NCBI GenBank assembly: GCA_002269645.1
Contig: NIVC01002441.1
Location: 109,404-173,403 of the forward strand
Source of the DNA: Macrostomum lignano
Taxonomy: Eukaryota
Length of the DNA stretch: 64,000 nucleotides
Direction: 5' to 3'
The notes beneath the pieces are model-generated. The model made no database searches. It worked only from the letters and a program-made list of their open reading frames with translations, and had not been told where the DNA came from. Made by a program: the position numbers and the translations under genes. Of the stretch, positions 16,130 through 29,144 are shown in pieces. The first letter of the stretch is position 1; each line of letters starts with the position of its first letter.

Positions 16130-17790
16130 AGGTCAAGCCCTCACACCATCTCTTGCCTTGTTTGAAGTTCGGTGTCGCACTTGCTGCAGCTCCAGCGCCT
16201 GCACCTACTGTAGCTCTAGCACCTGCACCTACTCTACAAGGCCTAGCTCTATATAGCCTAGCATCACTGGTATCCTCAACCAATATTTTAATAGCCTGTT
16301 TAAAGAACTTCAGAAGTCTTGCTACCACCTACCTGTTAGTAGACAATCCAAGCCAAGCCAAGACAAACCAAGGTTTATGGAACCACTGGATGCTTTTTCA
16401 ATTGGCCAAGTATGGATATAGAGCAGAATCTACTAAGGTATGTGGTCAACGCCACCCATGCTATTAAAGTATAAGCACGCTAGTCAGTTTGGTGATTATC
16501 TAAACACTGCCACCATGATGAGTGCGCTGAGCCTGCCTATATTTGGCCAATCTAGTAGTGTCTAATACAAAAACAGTCTTAACACCACTCTGTTTCTTGT
16601 CAACAAACTTGCAAGCAAGCACATTTCCAGAGTGTGCAAAGGCGGAAGAAGTTGGCTACAGATTTACAGCCTGCAACAGGTTTGGGATGCCGTAGTTTTT
16701 GTGCACTGTGCCAATGAGAAGAACATCTCGTTGAAGCAGCCCCATAGAAAGTCTGTGCAAAGTGAACCAACTGCCTGTGTAAATATTGTAGCCTAGGTGA
16801 AACAAATTGCGGCACAACTCAGCTACAACTCTTTTACTCATGGACAAATTTTAAAAGCCCAGTCCATCACCAAACAATTGGTTGGCTTCAATTGATGTAT
16901 AGCTCTCAAAATTCCACAGGTAGGTTGTGTCGGACTCATGGATGCAGTACATCTTGATTCTATACTTGCTGCTCTTTGTTGGGATATACTACTTGAACAA
17001 CAATCTTCCTTTGTATAGCACAAGACTTTCGTCAATTAAGAGCCACTAAGGAGGCATGTAGTTGTTGCTGCACAACTGCTTAGCCTATTGCAGGAAAGGT
17101 TACATCTTAGACAAGGGACCCCCATACAGAGCCTCAGCACAATTGTAGAGCGCAAATAGGACAAGATCTGCTTGAACCTATCTTTAAGAAGAGAACAAGG
17201 CTCAGCAAGAAATGCACAATGAAAAGCTGGATCTTGCAACCAATAGCTAGATATTTTAGGCTTCTTGTTTAGTCCTAACAGCAAAACAATTTTGATTCAT
17301 TTTCTTACTTTATTAACTGTGAAGTCCTTACAGTTCAGCACAAAGTTTGGGATTGCTCCACCGTCAAAGTTATCCTTATAGGTCTTTTATAAGCATTTGC
17401 ATTTGTCCAGTTCTTGATGTTTTCCATTAACTCGTCTATCAAATACAGCTTGATAAAATCACTCTTGTTTCTGTTGGCAATCTCAGGAAGCTGCAAATTG
17501 GGCCTGACTCTTGGTACTCCAAGGAACTCATGCAGAGGTGCTGGCCTGGCATCAGTGCCATCTTCAACAAGATACCACTGTTCTCCACAAGTAACTAACT
17601 TATCTAGCCCTTCTTCTTAGTCATTGTGGGGATGTTTAACTTTGGATCTGTCAATTGACTCATCATCAGCAGTGAACCAACTCATGTCTGAGTCTCCGTC
17701 AAAGTCTAATGCCATGTAATGATTCTTAGGAATGAATTGCTTGGTGCTTTGAATAGACAGAGGATTAAAATATCCAATAGTATAATAAAA
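16130..17790 (-). pseudogene. Decayed piggyBac-family (PGBD4-like) DDD transposase
   Basis: Minus-strand fragments carry piggyBac motifs in the correct order: LLLGLNKKPKISSYW...DRFKQILSYLR; LIDESLVLYKGRLLFK*YIPTK (first D); GYNIYTGSWFT (second D lost); GTVHKN; NSMGGVDH (third D, about 16445-16470); YPYLAN*KSIQWFHK. Many stops and frameshifts; TIRs not found. Confidence 0.85.
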
Positions 17791-18726
17791 CTGTTTCTGT
17801 TTTATTATACTATTGGATAATAAGCAGGTCCTTAGTAGAACTATTATGAGCACAACAGTGATTTCAATAAAAATCTATGACCAAAAATAGTGCCCTTTCC
17901 ATATTTCCCTGTATGGTTTTCTCATGAATAAAAGACTTGCAGCCATAGCATTTGGTCCCCAGCTAGAGACAAATTATCTTTTGGTTAAGTGGCTCTGCTA
18001 TATATGGGTATACTTGTGAGCTAGCTGCCATCTGGAATGGGGGGGGGGTAGAAATTCTGACACTCATGCACTTGGCACGAAATTGTGCCAGCTAGCCGTC
18101 GGCAAAGGGTATGATACATTTTTTGGTTTGTCGCATAAAGGTTAAGCCCTAAGGGCCAAAGGGGTTTATGAAAATTGCATCTCTCAAGTCTATATGTCAT
18201 CTCACTTAAATTCATGTACTAAAAATACAACCTGCTAATTTATATAATAGCTAGTAAGAAATCTTTGGGTTGTATTTAATTACAACCTACAAATTGGTCA
18301 TAGACATCAATACTATATTGGGATATAGAGGTGAAGCATTGTGCATGAAAGTCTAGACACCACCATGAAGATTAGGATAAGAAATGGCTTAGGACTAGCC
18401 AGGAAATTTGCTGAATTTGTTGGCTACAAAGATGAGGAGAAACTTTGGGAGAAGGTATACAGATATGTTAGGCCTAGGCCTATAATAGATATTAGGGGGC
18501 CTAATTCTTTACTTTATTGAATATTGCTTACTATATCCTATGGTCTAATTAAGCTATTCTTTAAAACTACTAGATCCATTAATTTGTAATGAAATTTACT
18601 AATTTCAATAATTTTACTTTGGCTTCTGATTTAAAATTGGGTTTGTTTAACCTTGCAAAAATGGAAAAACAGGGCTTAAAAATTGCTGATTTACTTTTTT
18701 ATTAGGCTTTTGGGTGACGTTTAGGT

Positions 18727-20641
18727 GGCATTCTTTCGGATGACAATCATTCCGTTTCTTACAAGTTTCGGTTGACAATCACCTATGAAAATGGTATACT
18801 ATGCTGTAGAAATCATGGTAAAATGGCAACTATATAATTAGTTTTGGAAGGCGATCATTTCAATATAAGTTTTGAATAGAAAGGATCGCGATCCGAAACT
18901 ACAGAAAAACAGAGAAACTTTCCAATTTAAAACCAGCAACATCAATAGCATTATTTTTGTCATGGACGTGTATATAATCAGTTTTGGAATGCGATCATTT
19001 CAATGATACTTTTGAATACAAATGATCGTGATCCGAAACTACAGCTTTTCTTTCTCATATTTCAGTAGCACTCACTATGGCATGCTCAAAACCTGCCAAA
19101 GAACGGAAAATTGAACGTGCCGGCTCGTTTGTTGATTTGAAGCCACTGGAACATATCGAGGAACTGGTGTGTCCTATGTCATGGCGCTTTATTACAGCTG
19201 AAAACTGGATTGGCCTTCTTCAAAGAGAAGGACTGCTTCTGGAAACCATGCCCTGCCCTATTTGTGCATCGTCAATGAACATTGTCAAGGCCCATAATTC
19301 GACAGACAGCATCGTGTTCCGGTGCAAGAAGGGAGCTGGTTCGCCATTTGGAGCACATGAAAAAAGAGTCTCCATTAGAAGGGGAACTTTTTTCGAGAAT
19401 TCTAAACTGAATCCAATGGACATCATTGGGTACTGCATTGGTTATCTTCTGAACACTCCGCAAAGGTAAGCCATGTACTTTCAGTTGACGATCATTACAA
19501 TGTACAAATTACATTAAGAATGATCGCCTTCCGAAACTGAGGGGGGGTGCATCCATATTATCACCCACAGTTCACTGCGCGCCATGTACGGCATTGAAGC
19601 GGAGGCAGCCGTGCAATGGGGCCACTTCATTCGAGACATAATGTGTGAATAGTTCAAGACATGTCAAGATACGATCTCTCTTGGCGGTGTCGGACATATC
19701 GTTGAAATAGATGAGTCCTTCTTTGGCCGAAAGATGAAATATAACCGAGGTGCGAAACTGGGCCAACAAATTTGGATTTTTGGCATGACAGACAGACACG
19801 ATGGCCGTACTATCATTTGGCCTGTTGAAAACAGGTCAAAAGAAACTCTTCTACCTTTAATTGAGAAGTTCATTCTCCCTGGAACGACTGTATTCAGCAA
19901 CGGCTGGTCTGCTTACCTTGACTTGGAACACATGGGTTACAGTCACTGGGTTGTCTGCCACAAAGAGCACTTTAAGACGATTATTGAACGAAATGGCAAG
20001 AAGAAAGACGTACACACGAATCGCATTGAGGGCTTTTGGGGTACTGCAAAAGCCAAATTTAAGAACATGCGTGGAACTAGCGCACTACACTTCACTTCAT
20101 ACCTAGTCAAGCTAATGTACCGCTCCCACCGTAACAAAGAAATGAAACAGTTTGTCCATGAGTTCTTCCAGGACTTAAAGCACGTCTACCCCTTGGATGG
20201 TGCTCCACGGGTTTCGGATGAGCACCTCTTTGGCCTCAACTTTGAACTTCTGTCTGTTGAATGAAATGATTACTGCTCCTAAGACAATAAAAACTCTGTA
20301 CTTTCGGAACGCGATCATTTCAGGGCTACCTTCATATTAAAATGATCGTTTTCCGAAACTGACTTACGTTCACTAGATATTAAACTTTGAGACACTAATT
20401 TTTTTCTAGAATTGGCATTGCCAAGCTGTAGTTTCGGAAGACGATCATTCCATTCGAAATTGATTTAATACACGTGGCGGTTACTACGAAATACACGATT
20501 CACGACTGATAGCCCCAATGTTGGGTTTTTTAATTTCTGGACAATTTGTTTGACTCGCTTTCTTACTTTCAATTTCAATTACCCAGAACTTTTACATTGG
20601 TGATCGTCACTTTTCAGGTGATCGTCATCCGAAAGAATGCC
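18727..20641 (+). mobile_element. Full-length Merlin (IS1016/IS1595-like) DNA transposon, 1915 bp
   Basis: 23-bp TIRs GGCATTCTTTCGGATGAC(A/G)ATCA at 18727-18749 and 20619-20641 (1 mismatch). Identical 8-bp TSD GTTTAGGT at 18719-18726 and 20642-20649. Internal ISXO2-type transposase. Confidence 0.95.
19077..20264 (+). pseudogene. Merlin DDE transposase, 2 exons, inactivated by point mutations
   Basis: Exon 1 is 19077-19465 (Zn-ribbon CPIC...FRC) and exon 2 is 19571-20264, joined by a GTAAG...CAG intron. Motifs GGVGHIVEIDESFFGRK.KYNRG, WIFG, SNGWSAY and HTNRIEGFW. In-frame TAG at 19650-19652; the second catalytic Asp reads Asn. Confidence 0.9.
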
Positions 20642-22978
20642 GTTTAGGTTATGTCAAAAAAGCCCATTTAATAGATGTTGGAAAGTGGGGTCAGAAAAAT
20701 TAGACCTTAGCTACAGCAAAATAGACTGCTACAATTGAGGCTTAATCATAACTAAAAAAGCTCAAAAAGTAGTGGAGTAGGTCAGATCAGACTAGAACGG
20801 TATAAGTAGTTTTTGATTCGCAAAATTTACCTTTCAAATTTTAGAATTCGGACCGCTTCTCGGCCAAAAATCTTTGGCTACAGGAATTGACAAATCAGTA
20901 TTAGACAAATTCTGGATGACGAAATTAAGTTTTGCAGCACAGAACTTTCTAGAATAATCTAATCAACGCACTTATCAATAATTTTTGGTCAATCCAGTGT
21001 GAGCTTTAAGGTTAAAACAAAAAATAAGCGTAAAATTTTTAATTCGCTTAGGTTTAATAAACTAATGCAGTCCATTATTATAACTGTAAGTTTTAAAATA
21101 CAAAATGCTTGCAAACATGAAATTTATACTGGTTAAAAACGAGGTATATTAGTCCACGGACAATGGGTGCGTTCGAGCACACTATGAGCTACAATGAATT
21201 CAATTCAGTGGTCCTTGGTTCAAATAAAATGTATATCATCTATGTGTGTGCTATTATTAAGCATAAAACTGTACTGTATTGAGTTACAATTTTTTTAAAA
21301 CTAAAGCTTTTTCATTGCTTAATTTTATTGTGAAATTCAGTCCATTTTTCATTTTCAGCTGTAGTTACATGTACATGAATACGTAGGTTGGCTTATACGT
21401 AGAAATAAAAAAATTATGCACGATAAATTTTCACGATAAGTTTTGGATTCGACAATCGATAGTAAATCCAAGTTAAAAATAATCCAACGGCAATTTGTAT
21501 GTTATTTGTATTTGTATGTAGTGGTTACTGCACATGCAGTATTATATCCTATATGCACTTCTGAAACCGTAAATAATTATAATATACATGTAGTAAAGCC
21601 GAATTTCAAAATACTAAATATAGTAGATGTGACTAGAGCGTTATGGACAAGCATTCATTCAAACATACAAACAAAAATTAGAGATTTAGTATATTTGGAT
21701 GGGTTTCGGCCTTTTCGGCTCCTTTGTGGAAGCCTTCGGGCCTCAGGTCTCAGAAATGAATCCATTAGAGTCCTGGCCCCCCACTTCTGTCAGATGGTCA
21801 GCCCCATGGTAGCTTGATCTGTGGCGAGCAGTCTAGGTCCTATAGCCAAGAGAGGGACAGCGAGAGCCAAGCAGGGAGAATTTTGAAGGTAGAGATTAGC
21901 CAATCCGCAGATCAACTAACGCGCTGCCACCAGCCCGTGCGTTCTGGCCCGTGCGTACTAACCAAACCGGAACTTTCGAAATCGGGCTTTCGACTAGAGG
22001 GGGCTTAGCACTTACCTGCCAACTAGTGTCTTTTTGCTGTCAATCCCGAAGTCATAGCCGATGATAAGATGACACTGCTGGGACTTGATCGCATTGGCCA
22101 TGCAGGTACAGAGGGGACTTGTGCAGGGGATTCTTGCAGTGGCGAGACTATGGGGTAGCTACATGTACTTTTACATTGCTAAATACGAGAAATGTACTTT
22201 TGGCCTTCAACGCGCCAACTAGCCTCTCCTAGCGCTGATGATAGGCGAACTCGAACTTCAGAGGTCGCATGATTCATTACCCGAGCCGCTTGGCTAACCT
22301 AGAGTGCACAGAGTACATCTCTAGCGCCGATTTTGCACTATTGGCAATTTTGCTAACTGATTTGATAGATTGATCGACTGAGAGCTGCCTTGCCATTGGT
22401 CCACTGTGACCGGCGCCTACTAGCTTAGCTACTCATCTGAGCCATCAGCGAACAAAGAAATAAAACCGATAAAAATAACTGTCAGATTTAACCTTCTCAC
22501 TAAATCCCTTCACACTTCAGATTGGATTGGAGTATCAGACTACTATTAGTATTATTATTAAGTGATTTCTGCCTCAATAACAGCACCGCTGAACAAAATG
22601 AGCAAAAGTGTGTGCCTAATCCAGCTACTGAAACAGGGGACAGATAAGGGATCACCCAATCAAGCAAGTCTAGGTAGCCTCTCACCCAACCAATCAGAAA
22701 CTCAACAGCCGGAGACCAGGTAATCCACAGTGACCGAATCGGCTTAGTGCTTCGCAGCTGTAGACCCGGGATGATGCTGATGTCACAATCTTCGCAGATA
22801 GCTAGCAGGTGATGATCTTAACCTTGATGTTCGCTGCTGACGACCGGGGGAATTCGTCCTTGATGGTGACGGGGGAAGTCGCGATCCGGGGATCAAGAGA
22901 CGACGGTCGAGCTCCGGGAGGTCTAAGTTAGGCCAAGGTCCCAGGAGGTTTAGGTCCGAGCGGCCCAAAAACACCGGT

Positions 22979-23066
22979 TTATATAGCCGCCAACTGGACC
23001 GCAATTTTTACAATGGAACACCTCGACGCTGATTGGCTGAGCTTGTTGCCACCCAAACTCACGTGA
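22979..23066 (-). promoter_or_regulatory. Pol II core-promoter-like motif cluster (E-box, CCAAT, TATA)
   Basis: On the minus strand: TCACGTGA (23059-23066), CCAAT (23036-23032) and TATATAA (22985-22979), in canonical order within CpG-rich sequence. The target transcript is unknown; this could be an LTR promoter. Confidence 0.4.
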
Positions 23067-24825
23067 CCAGAAAATCCTTTCAGTTCCCCCGGGGCCATAA
23101 AAATACGCCAGGTGCAGTCATAACTCACTCAAAATCGCTGCATAATGATTTATGACCTTTCGCGTAGGAATGACAAAAATTAATGAAAAAAATATACATT
23201 AGAAAGCTCTTATTAAGTAGAAAGTGAAGATAATGAAGAGAAATCGCTAATCGCTAATCCCAACGTACTTATAGGGGTAAAACGCATAGCTGTCAAAGCT
23301 GTCACACACTTGAGAAAATACGAACAATAGGCCCTGACCTCATAAATCTGATGGCCTGTCAAAATAATGAGAAAAAAGCCACCGCCCGCATCCTCTCAGA
23401 CCATCTGGCGCCAGCCTTAGCATTGAGTGAGGCGCAGGTGGCTGTCAGACCAGCTCAAAAGCAATGATTTGACCCCAAAAGCAGCAAAAAACCGCGCCTA
23501 TGTTATTATAACTACAAGTATGGCCAGATTCATATAGCTACAAAATTCCCCTACTAGTATGAATTCTAGAAAAATTACAAAAAAGGGAGAAAAACGCCCA
23601 TAGCCTGCTGTTAGTAGGCTAGCAAGTTCGGAGCCCATGTGCGAGCGTGAAATTTGGCTAAAAGTGCGTCCTCATCAGATGCATGTGCTAATTATAAAAT
23701 TTATAATGACTCGTGAGATCGTCCCAGCGCTTGAATTTTACAAAAGTAGGCGTACAAATAATGTATTGTACTCTACGCATGATGCCACTGCACTGTTACA
23801 CAAAATGTCAGTTTTGTGACGTCCCAATTACAATTTTAGTAGATAGGATTATTTGAAATTTTTTTTAACGACACGACTGGCCAATGCAATTTATGTTGAT
23901 CGAGCGCTTATGCGCCAACGCGCGCATTGTGACACGGAGCGGCCAAGCAATTCGTGTTTCAGAACTTCGCAGCCGCGAGCTTAAAACGCTTTTATAGATT
24001 AAAATGGTTGATAATAATAAACATACATGTAAAACTGTGTATTAAAAAATCTTGTTGATATCCGCATCAGCCGACTGGAAGGCGTCAATCTCTCTGGGTG
24101 ACAATTCTGGCGGTACAGGGGGACACGCATGCGATTTCTTTTCCTCAGAAAACATTTTCTGCAACCCCATGCAGCCAAGCGTTAGAATTAAGACCCCCCC
24201 TTTTAGAATGCTGCAATCAATATGGATTATTTGTGCATGCGTACGGATGCCGAAAGCGCACCTTGCATGGTTGTTTTGCCACCCAGGTGTGCGAGAAATC
24301 GGTCCTCTAGCCCGCCTGCATCCCCACAACTGCGTTGCGCTTCCATATAATTTCCAAGTCCTGCCGTCGTGAATCGTGAAATTACATTCTTCCCCTCGTT
24401 AGATTCGTCAAGCAGGTATACTGCAAATGCATTGGGAAATATGGGAAAATGGGATTATGGCAGCTGCTGCATGGCTTGTTGATTCGGCTTTGCTCTGCAT
24501 GCCAGATTTTTTGTGATTTGCCCGACCAATTTTTTTGTAAACCTCTGTATGCAACAAAGGTTTAGCATACAAAAATAAATATTAGATAGAGAAACCTCCA
24601 ATTTGGAGACGATGAGCCATCATTATTCAAAGGTGCTTTTGCCCTTACATGTAATTTAAATAGTTACTCTTATCAACTATAGATATGCTGTACTTGTCAA
24701 CTATAGATATGCAATTCAATGGCTAAGCATATTCAAGTTAAGCAGAATTGGCTGTGGATAGTACACAGCTGAGAGCACACTACCCTGGTTGGATGCGCCG
24801 CGCAATTGTAGCCGTTGACTTTCAC

Positions 24826-25308
24826 ACCTAGCTGTCACACCTGGCTGTCACACCTGGCTGTCCCACCTGGCTGTCACACCTGGCTGTCACACCTGGCTGT
24901 CACACCTGGCTGTCACACTTAACTGTCACACCTGGCTGTCCCACTTGGCTGTCACACTTAACTGTCACACCTGGCTGTCACACCTGGCTGTCACACCTGG
25001 CTGTCACACCTGGCTGTCACACCTGGCTGTCACACTTAACTGTCACACCTGGCTGTCCCACCTGGCTGTCACACTTAACTGTCACACCTGGCTGTCCCAC
25101 TTGGCTGTCACACTTAACTGTCACACCTGGCTGTCCCACTTGGCTGTCACACTTAACTGTCACACCTGGCTGTCCCACCTGGCTGTCACACTTAACTGTC
25201 ACACCTGGCTGTCCCACCTGGCTGTCACACTTAACTGTCACACCTGGCTGTCCCACCTGGCTGTCACACTTAACTGTCACACCTGGCTGTCCCACCTGGC
25301 TGTCACAT
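24826..25308 (+). repeat. 13-bp minisatellite with a 39-bp higher-order unit
   Basis: GGCTGTCACACCT units, arranged later as GGCTGTCACACTT-AACTGTCACACCT-GGCTGTCCCACCT. Confidence 0.9.
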
Positions 25309-25680
25309 GTGGCCACCTTTCAGCAGGTCATTTCTAAAATTGCAGAGCTAAATTCATGAACCCATTGTGATCGAAAGGAATCCGGTATCAAAAGATGAAC
25401 GATTCCCAATTCTCCGGCCTTTACACTGAGGCATCGTCTACAGCTGGTGCTCTTTCAGTTTGGATAGTTCTTTGTGCACGTGTGTACAACTGTGTAGTTC
25501 GTAGGGGGGGGGGGTTGGCAAACCAAGACGATAGTTGACCGCAGTCGGCAAGGTAAGCAGGCAAATTTACGCATTACGGTGTACAGCGGCACTGATTATC
25601 TGACCGTCATCGGGCACGCTCTGGGTGCAGCATCAAATGATAAAAGCCCAGGCCAATATCTGTGTACGAACCCCGTATAT

Positions 25681-26004
25681 CAGGGGTCGGAAACCCCTTT
25701 TTTATCCCAAGGGTCATATAGAGGGCTGCGTGCCAAAGGAGGGAGAGGAGAGGGAATAGAGAAGAGAGAAAGGAGAAAGGGGAGGCGAGGGAAATAAGAA
25801 TGGAGAGAGGAGAGAAGGAGTGAAGGATAGGAAGAGAAGGGAAAGGAGTGGAGAGGAGAGAAGGAAGAGGAGAGAGAAAAGAGAAGAGAGAAGAGATTAG
25901 AGAGAAGGGAGCTGAGAAGAGACGCAAACCTTGAGCGGTCCGTAGGGACAAGAGGGCCGGATAGAAAGGCTTTGCGGGCTGCATGTGGGGTTTGCCGACC
26001 CCTG
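25681..26004 (+). mobile_element. hAT-superfamily MITE (Buster/Charlie-like), 324 bp
   Basis: TIRs CAGGGGTCGG-AAAC and GTTTGCCGACCCCTG. Perfect 8-bp TSD CCGTATAT (25673-25680 and 26005-26012) with central TA. The interior is largely a GA-rich purine tract. Confidence 0.88.
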
Positions 26005-28105
26005 CCGTATATAAATAACAAAATTATTACTCAAATAAAATGGCGCCCTCAAAGAGAGCTACGCTTCTGATGCCAAGGCTTCGTGGTTCCTTTGCTCGTT
26101 ACTGAAGAAGCAATTATACTGCTCAACTTCTGTAAAGGACACAAGCGTAAATACTGTTATATCTCCGACTTGTGCTCATAGTCTTTTAATCCATAACTAA
26201 CCACAGCCACAATTTTTAGAGCAAAATAAGCCAGAGAGGTGATAAGTATAGCCAGCTTCGCCCACGCATAGCCATCTACAGAGGCGAAAGAATAGCAGCT
26301 TATTTGCTCTTGTCATCAGCTGGCGGTGTGTATAGGGACTATTTGCCTTTCATAATTGGACTAATGCCAGAAACTGTGACTGGGAGAAACGGTGGCGCAT
26401 GCTGCAAACGTGTCAGGATGGATCGCATGGCAGCTGAGTGGGGAGAAAAATCCGCACCGAAATCCGCACCGAAAAAATCTGTGACATTCGCATTGGGAGG
26501 CCTATACAGCCTCCTCCCTTTACAAACTCAAATTCGATTCGTAAACCCCAACATTCCGTCCACCTACAAGCTAACTCGTAAAATCTCTCGCTTTAAAAGC
26601 AGCACTGACCATTGCTATGGCACGCAACCCCGTGTTCTATCAGCTCTATGCAAGCAATTCATCCATTCAGACTCTTAAATTAAGGCAGCGGACGCACTCG
26701 TGTCTTCAGTTTTTGTTACCGTCGATTTTCACTTGCAGCCTTCTCCGCGATATTTTTCCTATTGAGTTTGCGAACTTCCTTTCGTCTGCATGGGCTGGTG
26801 CCGACTATGGAATCTGGGACACAGACATCTGGCACTGGGAGAGGTCTCGATGGGAATAATAATCATAGGCACGCGAAGCTATACGATTTTTTTACTACCA
26901 GCCGTAAACATTTGCCTGGGAATAATTTATTCATATTTCTGTATTAATGCCAGTCGCTAAACTCCGATGGAATTCATCGATCCACCAATAAGCAAACAGG
27001 CTGCCTACGAGATGCAAGACTTATGGCCGATGTTGCAGCAGGCGAGGTACACCCTTACTCGTACAGCATGGGGACTAATTGAGCAAGCTGTCACCAGCAG
27101 ACAGAGCTGCCATGCCGGCCAAGTGATTGCCTGCCCTGCCCAGAGCGTGTTCGCCAAGAAAATACTCATACTGCACTGCAGCAACCGTTGCAGGCCTCCC
27201 GGAAGCAAAAAGCATCAGGTTGATTTGTTCTACATCATCCCCTCCCACTTCTCCACTGAGCACTTGGTCTATAGGCATGTAAAACCGGCAAAGGAGCAAA
27301 CTCGCGCTTTCGAACACTCCTTCGCTTTCCAATTCGCTAGAATTATTTAGCAACCCAGCCAAGTCAGCCTTACTTAGTTGGCAACTTTCTTCCTGCACTC
27401 TGAATAGTTCCAAGAGGGCTATGTTCGCAAGGACCTGTTCCACTGCAAACATTCAGAGCCAGCTTAATCCTAAGCCTGCTTATTACCTTTGCTAAACTCC
27501 GTCTTTCGCAGTTAGCGCGCGACTCTATGAGAGGCAGTTGGACACGAAAATAATTCAGCAATTGGTCGATTGGGAAAAAATTTTTGGGCGACTTACTAAC
27601 GGGAACTCCAACCTGCATTCTTTTACAGGCCGACGTGCATGAAAGGGACATTGTGGTTTCACCAACAAAAGCAAACGAAGCATTCATACAAGCTGAATGG
27701 CCTATTTATGGTTGGCAATACACTGACAGAGCAATGCGATTCATAGAATCCATTAGCTACAGGAGCTGGGACCTGGATCGGGACAGTTGGCGGCTCATTT
27801 TGTCGAAATAAAATGGAAGAACTTTTACACATAGATGTGTAATGCATATTCAGCACCCGGCTCTGCCCAGTCTTAGGTTTGAAACCTCTGTCTGCTGTCT
27901 GTACTCGTAGCTGAGGCTTCTTACAAGCCCGGCTTCGTAGCACTGCCGATTGATGTCAGATTTTTGTGGCTATATTGCACACAGCTCTATGCTGCCTGAG
28001 TATTTTAATGGAGCTTAGGTCTCTATAAATTTAAGGGCTTCAGACGAAATGAGGAGCTCAGTGACTGAGCGTTATAGCTGTTAAATAGTTTATCGAACAT
28101 TTGTC

Positions 28106-29144
<1,039 letters not shown>

